A DNA stretch of 63,990 bases, filler included, from Basidiobolus ranarum (lineage: Eukaryota): assembly GCA_040143965.1 (NCBI GenBank). It is 5 parts of 5 records of this genome, joined end to end, with 100 filler letters (N's around TTAATTAATTAA, not from the genome) between each part and the next. Parts side by side here need not be neighbours in the genome. Positions count along the whole stretch, not along the records: positions 1 to 12,777 come from JASJQH010000521.1; 4 more parts are not named here. One strand, written 5' to 3'. The first letter of the stretch is position 1. Each line of letters opens with the position of its first letter. The notes below the pieces were generated by a model. The model was given only the letters and a program-made list of their open reading frames with translations, made no database searches and was not told where the DNA came from. A program made the translations under genes and the position numbers. Positions 1 to 11,796 of the stretch are shown in pieces.

Positions 1-1161
1 ACATACAGCGCTCTCATTTAAGATTAGTATCAGGAGAAATGTGAATCGTAGCGGTAAGTACAGTAGTACAGTTGATTTGAACGAGAAGTGATAATCAGAA
101 TGTGTGACGATTACAAGACGATCACCAAACTATATCTTAAGAAATATCAGTAGGCTGGTTGTGTGCCTCTCAACATCGTACTGCCCTGAAAGTGAGTGAA
201 GCCCATCCCATTATTAACACCCAAGGATATGTCGAGTGGTTAACAGTAGAGAAATGCAATATTGACACAAATATATGTTTCGAGTTAACTGTACAAATAT
301 TTCTCTTTGGAACACTGGGGCGACACATAGGATGCGACAACTCCATACTGCTTTGCTACCATTTATTGTAGTCCAGATAGGATAATCAAATAATTTAACA
401 CCTATTTAGATAGTTCGCGCTCGTTTCAGTTCTCTAAGTGGAGGATTCTTTGTGCTGATAAATATAGTAAAGGCGAACATTATTCCAAATTAATAAAAAG
501 TTCAACTATACAACCCAAGACACGGAAATATACCTGAAAGAGAAAGAAAGTTGAATTCGTTTGGATTGGGCCAAATCTACTTGGGTGAAGACAGGGTAAG
601 TTTTACTGCTCTGATTGTGAAAATGATCAGTACTTAAGTAGTAAGACTAAGGGAGAAGTATCCGGTGTAAATTTTATCATATATATTAACCTTACCTGTT
701 TACATCTAAGTAATTCATGTATTCTATGTAGGTTAACATATATTGTTGGTCATCTATCACTTAGTTGAAGATCGGAATACATAGTTAGTATATATGTGAA
801 TCATCCCAGAATTAGCAAAGTTGAACTTTGATTTTCAAAGTAGTCTAAATTACCCCTAGGATTGCTCATTTTACTCCCGCAGATGTTTTGAAAACAACCT
901 GATTGTATGTTTTCTGTATTTCCACCAAAAAGTATAAATACTTTATTTCACAACAATTTATAAATATCCCTCAATTTCATAATAACTCTATTTCTTAAAG
1001 CTACTTTCACAATATTCACAACATAATTGAGTTTATGTGCTGCATGCACCTGGTTTATAAGTTAGTATTTTGAATGTAGATAAATTACATACTCAGGATG
1101 TTTATTGTATGGACCAAGATCAAATACTAATGTTTGACTAATGCATGCATTAATACTGAAT

Positions 1162-1600
1162 TTAATTATCCATATTATTCATTAAATGCTGATTCGGTGA
1201 CTTATATTTATGCTTATTGACAAAATCTTTTACTTTGGCCTCCAAAATCTCAATTCTTCCGATAGTGTCGCCACGTTCAGAAAAGAAGTTCCGAAGATAT
1301 AATCTATGCATAAAATATAGTGGAAACAGATAGGTTGAATGTACTTAGATTCGCGCACTTCTATTTGGGTGATGATGGATTTATTAACACGGCAATAGGA
1401 GTAGTAATTCAGCTCTTGTGTAATACCAACTGCAGTTTATTGTAACACTCTATTGAAACATTTAGTCACATAAATAAATGAAAAGTTCATCAATCAGTAC
1501 AATACTTATCATGCAACTAAAAACAAGTATTGCTTTTCGATATACTCTTCCATTTCAGTTTTGTTTCTCAAGCCTTCGCAAACGAATCTTTATTCTGGGA
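1162..1600 (-). pseudogene. Decayed 4-TM family copy (end of exon 2 plus exon 3 tail)
   Basis: Reads EGLRNKTEMEEYIEKQYLFLVA, but the TGG|GTAAGT junction is mutated to TGATAAGT (~1504-1511). The tail ORF 1311-1162 ends RIEILEAKVKDFVNKHKYKSPNQHLMNNMDN*, like the intact copies. Confidence 0.75.
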
Positions 1601-1920
1601 GCTGTGCGAGAAGTGACAGTATGTTATCATTCAATATACAAGGATTGCAAGCTTTACGTGGAGCTATGTTGTAGGAAATTAAGCGCACCAAGGCAAAGCC
1701 CAAACAAAAGATAATTAAGAAATTACTCTTCTTCATAGCAATCCAGTCCAAATCATATATGCACAGACGATATCGGCAATCAACCATATTAGGCCATAAT
1801 TGAACTTACGAGCTTGGCTATTTGATACTTGCTTCAGTTCTGGAAGTGGAAGATCCTTTGTGCTGATATAAAGTAAGAGCGTACGATATGAAAAATTAAT
1901 CAAGAAGTCAATAATACAAA

Positions 1921-2597
1921 CTATGGTGTTGAAATATACCTGTAGAAAGAAGTAGGCTGAATGTACTTGGATCCTCCCAATTCTATTTGGGATTTACACA
2001 ATTCTGCTTGGATATTATTACTAACTAATTCGTAGTAGTAGTGAGTAAATTGCATCACGGTTAAAATCTATTGGAACGTTTAGTCAGCAAAATAAAAGGA
2101 AACTTAATGGATTAGTACCGTACTTACGATTACAAGCAACACGCTATTTTGGCCTTTTATATACTTTCCCATTTCAGTGTTGCTACTCAAACCTTCGCAA
2201 ACCGAATCTTCATTCCGGAAGATATAAATACTTGTCAGGGTGCAAAGAATAGTGATAGTGAGACAGCACCAGGCCGATCGTATAAAAATTTGAACACCTC
2301 TTGGATCGTCATTTCTATATCTGAAAAACAGAATACAGTAGAGGAAAATTGGTAAAACGATAACGTAAATATAAGGGAATAGTTGAGGGCGTTTGTTGCA
2401 GTACGCGAGAATTTGAAGAGTATCTGAGAGCTTTGTTACGAGAATTAATATTATACCGGTAGGTGAATATTTTAATGTGTATAGCCAGTTTTACATACCC
2501 GTTGGGAAGCATCTAAACTCGTTTGAAAACTAAGAATAAAAAATTCCAAGTTAGATGAAGTATTCATTATAATATGGAATTTAGATAAACGGCTCAA
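1921..2597 (-). CDS. 4-TM family copy 1 (3 exons; ancestral start changed to TTG at 2597, in-frame ATG at 2567)
   Basis: Exon 1 ends at 2499 (GTATGT donor). Exon 2 is 2430-2128 (303 nt, open: LSDTLQILAYCNKRPQLFPYIY...RSAWCCLTITILCTLTSIYIF...). Intron GTAAGT..CAATAG. Exon 3 is 2067-1921 and has a different, non-coiled-coil tail. Confidence 0.6.
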
Positions 2598-3399
2598 TAT
2601 AAACAGAAGGATATAGAAATAATCTTTTAACGGGGAAGAATAGATTTTATATATAATGGCAATATGAGCATCCGTATATATAAGCATCCGTATATCCTTT
2701 TTTTGAGGGGAATCATTACTGGTGAAGCAGTTCTTGCTTTCCTTCACCTTCCTTCGGCCTAGACCCAAGTTGGACGGAGAGAAAGGAGCATGTGTTGAGA
2801 AATAACCCATATTTGCTAAGGTTTGTGAGTGCATGCACCCGACTGTACCTGAATAATCAACAGAGCAATTTGCGTGGATATACTTGTCCAACTTTGTTGA
2901 TGCTAAATCCTGAACAAATCAAATCCCTCATTCTAAAATGGTTCAACGGAAGCATAAGTTTTAATAGTTCGGCTCATCCTTTCTTCGTCTTGAATTAATA
3001 TTAATTATAATGTTCTAGCATGTTGGTATTTTTTGGCGACGTCATAGATGGAACGTCTATGTTCATACTATATATAGGATTAGGGTTAGTTGAGGCGTAT
3101 CATGATTTACATAGTACAGTTGATTTGAACGAGAAGTGATAGTCAGAATGCGTGACGATTACAAGACTATCACCAAACTATATCTGAAGACAATATCAGT
3201 AAGCTGATTGTGTGCCGTACGACATCGTACTGTCCTGTAAGTGAGTAAAGCCCATATCACTATTAGCACCCAAGAATATTGCGAGTGGTTAAAAGTAAGC
3301 AATTATTTTCAATGTAGGTAAATCACATAGTTAGGATATGACAAATATATAAACTAAGATCAAACAATAATGAATGATTAATGCATGCATTAATTACTT

Positions 3400-4160
3400 C
3401 TAATTCCCCATATCAATGATTAAATGTTGATTCGGTGACCTAAGATTGAATTGACTACTTTCAATATACTCATTGATGACTTTGTATTGGGCTTTCAAAA
3501 TCTCTATTCTTCTGGTGATGTCGTTGGATTCCATTTGGGTATTGATACATTTAATAGTACGGTAAATAGTGTTATAACACGACGCTAATGAACAACCGCA
3601 TAAAATCTTTCGGAATGTTTAGTTAACAAATTGAATGAAAAATTCATAGATCAGTACAGCACTTACCCATGAAACCAAAAACACGTATTGATCTTTGATA
3701 TTCTCTTCCATTTCAGGGTTGTCACTTAAGCCTTCGCAAACCGAAGCTTCATTTGGGAAGATATAAATACTTGTCAGAGTGCAAAGAATGGTGATAATGA
3801 GGTAGCACCAAGCCGATCGTATACATATTTGAACACCTCTTAGTTTGTCATTTCTATACCTGTAAGACAGAGCACAGTAGGTGAAATACGGTAATAAGCT
3901 AATGTAAACGAAAGGGAATAATCGAGGGCGTTTGTTGCAATACGTGAGGATTTGAAGGGTGTCCCAAAGCTATGTTGCGTGAATTAATACTATAACAGTA
4001 AATGAGTTGTCTTATGTACATCTACAGTTTTACGAACCAGTCTGAGAGTAAGTGTAGCCAATCCCCAAGAATTATAAAAAGCTACCCAGTAGGTTACATC
4101 ATAAAGCCTTTGGGGAGTTAAGTAATCCAGGGATTCGAAGAATTTAGATAAACGACTCAT
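3400..4160 (-). CDS. Intact 210-aa four-transmembrane protein with C-terminal coiled-coil tail (4-TM family copy 2), function unknown
   Basis: Exons 4160-4038 (MSRLSKFFESLDYLTP...ATLTLRL), 3969-3667 (303 nt) and 3606-3400 (ILCGCSLASCYNT...DITRRIEILKAQYKV...SPNQHLIIDMGN*). Both introns are GT-AG, phase 0, and there are no internal stops. Confidence 0.85.
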
Positions 4161-5597
4161 TATAAACTCGGACGATGTAGAAAGAATCTTTTTAAGAGGA
4201 ACGATAGACGTTATATATATATGGCAATATTTTCATTCGTACCAAGATGAAGGTAATCCTTATTTCTCCTGATTTTTCTTGTGTGTTTAGAGGAATACTG
4301 GATAAAGAAAAGAAACTTAGAATGGTGGTTAAAATTGATCTGTTGAGTTACCTCGAAGAACATTCCCTTCATTAAAGGATGGAAAATATATTCTACTTCT
4401 GTTTAGAAGATTGCCACTATACGAGAGATCTGACAGCTATCAAGCCTAGATCCTGTGTGGCAATGAGAATATGCTCATCCACTGTATTTCCATCTATCCT
4501 GAGGCAAGCGATCATTCGTTTTAGATAAATAGAGGCTTATAAGGAACATCTTTTGAGAAAATAATCATCCAGTCACTACAGATATAATGGCAACTTACTG
4601 ACGTATCCCCAGTACTTTCAATCTAAATGGAAACTTTGACGGCAATATAGACAATGAGTTAGAAGTAGCGGGTTGCAACATTAACACCTATATGATCTAT
4701 TTCGAGAATCAAAAGTATGTCAGTAAGTGCTACTTTGAGTGACAATATCCAAACCAGTAATACAAATGTAAATGCAGCAGGTAATAGTTTCTGACTACAA
4801 TGGTCGGTGTTGAATTGTACCTGGAGGAAGAGATAAGTTGAAAGGTTAAAGATTTACCCGAATCCGCTCAAGCCATATTAGTAGTAGTGTAGTAATAACA
4901 AGCTCATATATAAATACACATGAAATATACAAATACATATCTCTATTACCCACATGTAGCATATAGATATACATGTCCATTTCAGTGCAGTCAATCAGTC
5001 TTATGGAAGCCATTCTCATTCAGAAAGATTTCGAATTTTCAAGACTCATAATAAACTCAAGGTATGTAGCAAATTCATTTTTGAGGGAAAATCATTTTTT
5101 TACCAATGTAATTAGTTAAATCATTATTCAGCTCCATCGAGTGAGATTGAAGTGATACTTCACGAGAGAAAGAAGAGATAACAATACCGCAATAGAGCGG
5201 TGTAGAAATTTAAACTGCAGCATAACCAGTATGTTTAGATCCGTAGAATGTTGACTAATATTCCCAATTGCCAACCTGAGGTAGTGCTGAGGATAGGTAT
5301 AGATATCCATTACCACGATGTTATTATTTAAGTAACTTGCGCGTTCCGGCTGAATACGAGATATGAAATCAAATAGTTTAACCCATGACTGAGCTCTCAA
5401 GTTTAGATGATTCGCACTCGCTCAATTCTTGAAGTGGAACATGTTGTGTTCTGATAGATATAGTAACAGCGAACAGTATCATGAACTTATAAAGAGTTCA
5501 ATAATACAATCTAAGCCGTGGAAATATACCTAAAGGAAGAGGTAGGTTGAATGTCCTTCGATTGGGCACTAATGAATGATTACTGTCTGGGTTAACA

Positions 5598-6354
5598 CTA
5601 CTTGTCATCTCCCACATTATTTATTAAATGCTGATTTGGTGACTCGAGATTACACATACGGAGGTGATCTTTCACTTTGGCTTCTAAAATCTCTAGTTGT
5701 CTGTAAGTATCATTCAGCTTCATTTGAGTAATGGTAGATTTATTAGCATGGCAAAAGGTGTTGTAGCTCAATCCTAATGCAATGCCACTTATAACCTGTC
5801 AGAAGGTTTAGTTAACAAAATAAATGAAAAATTCATAGAGAATTACAGTATTTACCCATGAAACCAAAACACGAATTGATTTTTGATATTCTCTTCCATT
5901 TCAGTGTTGCTCCTCAAGCCTTTGCAAACCGAAGCTTCATTCGGGAAGATATAAATACTTGCCAGGGTGCAAAGGATGGTAATAGTAAGGCAGCACCAAA
6001 CCGATCGTATACATATTTGAACACCTCTTAGTTTGTCATTTCTATATCTGAAAAACAGAATGCAGTAGAGGAAAATTGGTAAAAAGGCAACGTAGATATA
6101 AGGGAATAGTCGAGGGCGTTTGTTGCAATACGCGAGAATTTGAAGGGTGTCCCAAAGCTATGTTGCGAGAATTAATATTATATCAGTAAATAAGTTGTCT
6201 TATGAACATCGATAGTTTTACGGACCAGTCTGAGAGTGAGTGTAGCCAATATCCAAGAACTAGAATTAACGCTCAAATAAGCGAAATTATTAATATGGCT
6301 TTGGGAGGTCAAGTACTCAAGCGATGCGAAGAAGAGTTTAGATAAACGATTCAT
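5598..6354 (-). pseudogene. 4-TM family copy 3 with a 1-nt frameshift at the end of exon 2
   Basis: Exons 6354-6226, 6157-5856 (302 nt versus 303 in siblings; A-run at ~5866-5869 is one base short) and 5795-5598 (VISGIALGLSYNTF...RQLEILEAKVKD...SPNQHLINNVGDDK*). May be a homopolymer sequencing error. Confidence 0.75.
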
Positions 6355-7631
6355 TATAAATTCGGAGGATATAAAGAATCTTTTTCAGGGGAAGACTAGA
6401 TTTTATATAAAAATGGTTTTTATATAAACATGGCAATATATTCGTTCGTACTAAAATGCAGGTAATATTTATTTCTCAGGTAACACTTATTTCTCTTTCA
6501 CTTCCTTGCGTGTTTAGAGGAATGCTCAATCAAGGAAATAGGCTTATAATACACGTACACATAGGATATGATAGTGTAATGTTGGTCTGTTGAGCTATAG
6601 CGAGAAACACTTCCCTAATTACAAGACAGAATATATATTCTACTTCCGTTTAGAAGATTGCCACTATGTGAGGGATCTGACAGTTATCAAGCCTAGATCC
6701 TGTGTGGCAATGAGAATATGCCCATCCACTGTATTTTCATCGATCTTTAGGTAGGCGATCATTCGTTTCAGATAGATAATGGCTTATATGGAATACCATT
6801 ACATGCACATGGAGTACAATGGTGCAAAATTAGTCTATTGAGTTATATCGGGAAACACTCTCCTAATTTCAGGATAGAACAAATATTCTACTTCTATTTA
6901 GAAAATCAACACGATGGTAGTGATCTGGCAGTCACCAAGCTTAGATCCTGTGTGACGACGGGAATATGCTCGTCCACTCTATTTCATTGATCCTGAGGCA
7001 GGCAATCATTCGTTTTCAACAGATAGAGGCTTATATGGGGCATCATTAGAGAAAATAATCATCCAGTCACTCCAGGCAGTCACTCCAGGTATGGTGATAA
7101 CTAACTGACGTATTCCCAGTACTTTGAATTCAATGAAAACTATAAACAATGTGCTTAGAAATAGTAGGTTACAACATTAATACATATATAATATACTTCG
7201 AGAATTAGGGATATATCAGTAAATGTTACCCTGCGTGACGATATTCAATCCAATAATTCAAATGTAAATGCTCAAGTCCAACACCACAATAATCGCGGTT
7301 GATTTGTACTTGGCCGAGGATATAAGTTGGAAGGTTAAAGATTTGCTCGAATTAACTCGAGTCATGTTAGTGGTGGTGTGGCAATATTAAACCCCTGTAT
7401 ATATGGCATATGAAGTGTACCAATACATATCTTTATTAATCACGTGTAACATGTAGATATGCATTTCTATTTCAGAGCAGTCAATTAGACCTATGAACAG
7501 CATTCTCATTCAGGAAGACTACGAATTTTTAATGCTCATAGTAAACTCAAAGTATATAGACAATTCCATGTTGAGGAAGAATGTTTTTTATACCAATATA
7601 ATTACCTATACCAATATAATTACCTTTACCA

Positions 7632-7922
7632 TCATTCAACCTCACTTGAGTGAGATTGAAGAGAAATTTGACGAGAGTAAGAAGAGATAACAATACAGCA
7701 CAGTACAGTATTTAGGGATAAATAGAAGCTCGAGAATATGCCAAAATATACAGCTGCTTCAGTACTGCTACCCAAGTCTACAGTATCCATTTTCAGATAG
7801 ATAATGGTACTCAGAACGAAACAAAGTATAGGAAGTATGAACAACGTCCATGCGGCCTTGAGACATAACCTTGACTCTATCATCTTTATACTTATATAAT
7901 AGGGGAATATAGACGGACACAA
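7632..7922 (-). pseudogene. Diverged intron-less TM-hairpin module related to the 4-TM family
   Basis: SRLCLKAAWTLFILPILCFVLSTIIYL...DLGSSTEAAVYF...IVISSY aligns by eye to QICIRSAWCYLIITILCTLTSIYIF...GLRSNTEMEENI...LGLSY. Confidence 0.55.
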
Positions 7923-8290
7923 GATTATATTTTTGAAACAAATATGTACTTTCCGATCAGTCGCTCTTGCCTAATCAACATCCCAAGTTACGATTTAAGA
8001 TAGCAATCCAGTTGTAATGGTATGAATCATAAGGCACAAGTGGGCTTATTTGATATTTAATACCAACAAAAGTAACTATAGTTGGTTAAATTCTGCAAGT
8101 GAGTGTTGCTAAGAGTGAGTTGCTATGTATAGAAGGAGTATTGCAAGATTTTTGTTGCTGAACTAGGTTTAATCTCGGTTTACTAATCGTACCAAGAGTC
8201 CGGTAGGACTGATTAGCCGCTTTTGATGATCGGATTGGGTCATTAGATGATGCACCTAATAGTATTGGGGTGGCATTATTTATAGAAATA

Positions 8291-9032
8291 TCACTCATCG
8301 CATATAAGCATTTTTGAACTCAAAAGTTTGATAGCTTGGGCTTCCAAAATCTCTATTCTTCTATTATCGTCGCTCAATTCCGTTTGGGCAATGGTAAATT
8401 TACTAGTACGGCAAAAGCTGTTGTAACTCAATCTTAATGTATTACCGCTCATAATCTGTCAGAATGTTTAGTTAACGAAACAAATGAAAAATTCATAGAT
8501 CAATGAAATTCATAAAGCAGTGCAGTACTTACCCATGAAATCAAATACTTGTATTGGTTTTTGATATTCTCTTTCAGTTCAGTGTTGTTCCTCAAGCCTT
8601 CACAAACCGAATCTTCATTCGGGAAGATATAAATACATAGCAGGGTGCAAAGAAAGGTGATAATGAGGCAGCACCAAACCGATCGTATACATATTTGAGC
8701 ACCTCTTAGTTTGTCATTTCTATATCTGAAAAACAGAATACAGTAGGCGAAAATTGGATAAAAGGTAATGTTAATATAGGAGAATAGTTGAGGATGCTTG
8801 TTGCAATACGCGAGGATTTGAAGACTGTCCCAAAGCTATGTTGCGAGAATTAATATTATAACGGTGGCGAGGTTATTTAAAGTATATAGCCAGTTTCACG
8901 TACCTGTCTGATAGTAAATGTAGCCAATACCAAAGCATTCAAATTAACGCTCAAATAGTCGCGATCATAAGTATGTCTATCAGAGGTCAAGTATTCAAGC
9001 GGTACGAAGAAGAATTTGGATAAACGATTCAT
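8291..9032 (-). CDS. Intact 198-aa four-transmembrane protein (4-TM family copy 4)
   Basis: Exons 9032-8904 (MNRLSKFFFVPLEYLTS...FTIRQ, donor GTACGT), 8835-8533 (303 nt, donor GTAAGT) and 8455-8291 (IMSGNTLRLSYNSF...DDNRRIEILEAQAIKLLSSKMLICDE*). Confidence 0.83.
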
Positions 9033-11448
9033 TATAAACTCAGAGGATATGGAGAGAATCTTTTTCGGGGGAAGAGTAGATTTTATATACATATGGCAAT
9101 ATCTTCATTCATACGAAGATGAAGGGAACTCCTATTTCTCCTTCTCTTTCTTGTGTTGTGCTTAGAGGAATGCTCCATCAAGAAAACATGCTCAGAATGT
9201 ATATGCACATGGGATATGATCGCGTAAAATTAGTTTGTTGAGTTACATCGAGAAATACTCTCCTAATTTCAGAATAGAACTCATACTCTACTTCTGTTTA
9301 GAAGATTGCCACTATGTAGCAGGTTTGACAGATCTGACAGTCATCAAGCCTACCATTGGGAATATGCTCATCCAATGTAGTTTCATCAATCCTGAGGCAG
9401 GTGATTTGGTAAATTTTTCAGTTCATTCGCTTTAGATCGAGGCTTATATGGAGCATCCTTAGAGAAAATAAATATTCAGCCACTACAGATATGATGGCAA
9501 CTTAGTGACGTATCCCCAGTACTTTCAATATAAATGGAAACTTTGACGGCAATATAGACAATGGGTTAGAAGTAGTGGGTTATAGCATTAACACCTATAT
9601 GATATGTTTCGGGGATGGAGAGTATATCAGTAACTGCTACTCTGAGAGACGTTATGCAACTCAGTTATTCAAATGCAAATACAGCTGGCAACAAATGTTG
9701 AAGCTGAAAACTACAATAACCGGTGCTGACTTGTACGTGGCGGAAAAGCAAAGTTGAAAGGTTAAATATTGACCCAAATTTACTCGCGACATGTTAGCAG
9801 TGGTGTGGTAACTACAAGTCCATATATGTATGGCATATGAAGTATACATGGCAAAACTAGAAATTATTCGATTCACATTGATAATACCACACGCTCAGAT
9901 AGATCGAACGCCTATTTACTGTTATTATTTTTCACCTATAAGAAAGCGCACAGGAGGAGCAGAAAGTAAGAAAGTACATTTTGATTGTGCAGGAAAAGGC
10001 ATAATAATTAATCCTCTAACACCATATCAAAATATTAGTACTAGGACAAAGTCGGCGTTATCATTTCATTCCAACTCTATATCAATGTATTGATACCAGT
10101 AAAAAACCATTCCTCAAAGCACAAGAAACTGTTCATTTTCAGGTTTAACAGAAAAGTATATTTTAGCAAGCGAGGTCATAGCAGAACAATAGGTATTTGT
10201 AATAATCACTAGCAAATAATAGTATGTGAATTTTTATGATCTATAGTAAATGACTATTACGAGAAAGAGTGTATTACACTTAAAATAACAATATGACCAA
10301 CAGAAAGCCGAAAATACAAATCACCTAATACAATTGGGCTGTGCAGAAAGGGACGGTTAGGTAATATGTATTATACAAGGATTCCAAGCTTTACATCAAA
10401 TTATGTTGCAAGAAGCAGAGTACCTGTGTACTAAGACAAAGAGCAATGTAGGTATAGTAAAGACAATAATACACAGTTCACGAAGACACTACCAAGAACA
10501 ACTTTAAAATAATATTGGTTGCCTATTGCAAATATGGTGCAATACTTTTCACAACATTTCTCTTTACTTTTCCACAAAATTGAACTTGAATCCAAGACGC
10601 CAAATAAAAGTATATTCATATTATTCACCCGTAACTCATAATTGCTGGTGGCGCTCAACTACAAGTGGTGGATCTTTGAAGTTTTTGTTGAACATAGTGA
10701 CATTGTTACTGCTTTACAATGCAATCAAAATCACCAGAATATACCTGATGAAAAGTCGCTTATATTCCGATATACCCGAGTAATGCTAGAGTTATTACGT
10801 TGGAAAATAGAAATTCAGCCAGAAATATAGACTGTATTACACAATGAATGTTTATTGTAGAGTGAATAGCTAGCTTACTTGACATTATGCTTAAACTATA
10901 TGACTGACAATTCTTCTGTTAAGAAAATGACGTCATATAAGGATTCCGATAGTTCCATGCTGATTGCAAACCATTATGTCCAGCCAAGTCAAGATAGGAT
11001 AATCAATCAGTATAGACCATGGTTGAACTCACATGTTTAGATATTTGATGCTTGCTTCAGTTCTGGAAGTGGAAGATCCTTTGTGCTGATATATATAGAA
11101 AGAGCGTATGGTATGAAAAATCAACCAAGACGTCAATAATACAAACTATGGCGTTGACATCTAGTTGGTTTATGCAGGTAAGTTGCATAGTAGGATACGT
11201 TAAATCTTAAAATTGAGTGCAGACTTAAAATTCCTTCCACAAAGCCCATATATTCACACCAAATTGAGTTTATGCGTTGCATACGCCAGGTTTATATGTT
11301 GGTATTTTTAATGTGGGTAAATTACATAGTTAGGATGCGTCAAATATATAGATTAAGATCAAACAATAATGAACGACTAATGCATGCATTAATTACTTCT
11401 AATTTTCCACATCAATTATTATGACTAATGCATGCATTAATACTGCTT

Positions 11449-11796
11449 TTAATTTCCCATATCAATTATTAACTGCTGATTTGGTGACTTGAGATTATCT
11501 ATACTGACGAAATCTTTTATTTTGGCTGACAGATTTTCATTTCTTCTGTTGTTGATCTCGAGTCTTCTCTTGATGTCGCTCAATTCCGTTACGGTGATTT
11601 TCAATTCGGCGATCTTAGTTCTTCTCTCAACGTCGCTAGCACTCTGATAGGTTTGAGCTTTCAAAATTTCAATTCTTCTCTCAATGTCACTATTTTCTCT
11701 TTGGATGGCGGCCGATTCATGTTTAAAATGCTCTTCTATGACTTTGTATTGGGCTTTATAAATCTCCATTCTTCTTTCAATGTTTCCCGTTTCCAT
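11449..11796 (-). CDS. 115-aa coiled-coil-only ORF derived from the 4-TM family tail, with internally expanded repeat
   Basis: Four copies of a (S/G)(D/N)IERRxEI-like motif, ending SPNQQLIIDMGN*. Upstream, the exon 1 start (ACG at 11857) is fused directly to exon 3 sequence at ~11836. Confidence 0.65.
   Translation of the reverse strand: METGNIERRMEIYKAQYKVIEEHFKHESAAIQRENSDIERRIEILKAQTYQSASDVERRTKIAELKITVTELSDIKRRLEINNRRNENLSAKIKDFVSIDNLKSPNQQLIIDMGN

Noticed and set aside
9235-9757. Plus-strand ORFs in the array (9235-9435, 9575-9757; also 12308-12607, 2149-2355, 1478-1714)
   Set aside because: Frames are not conserved between copies. They are better explained as antisense shadows of the minus-strand modules.
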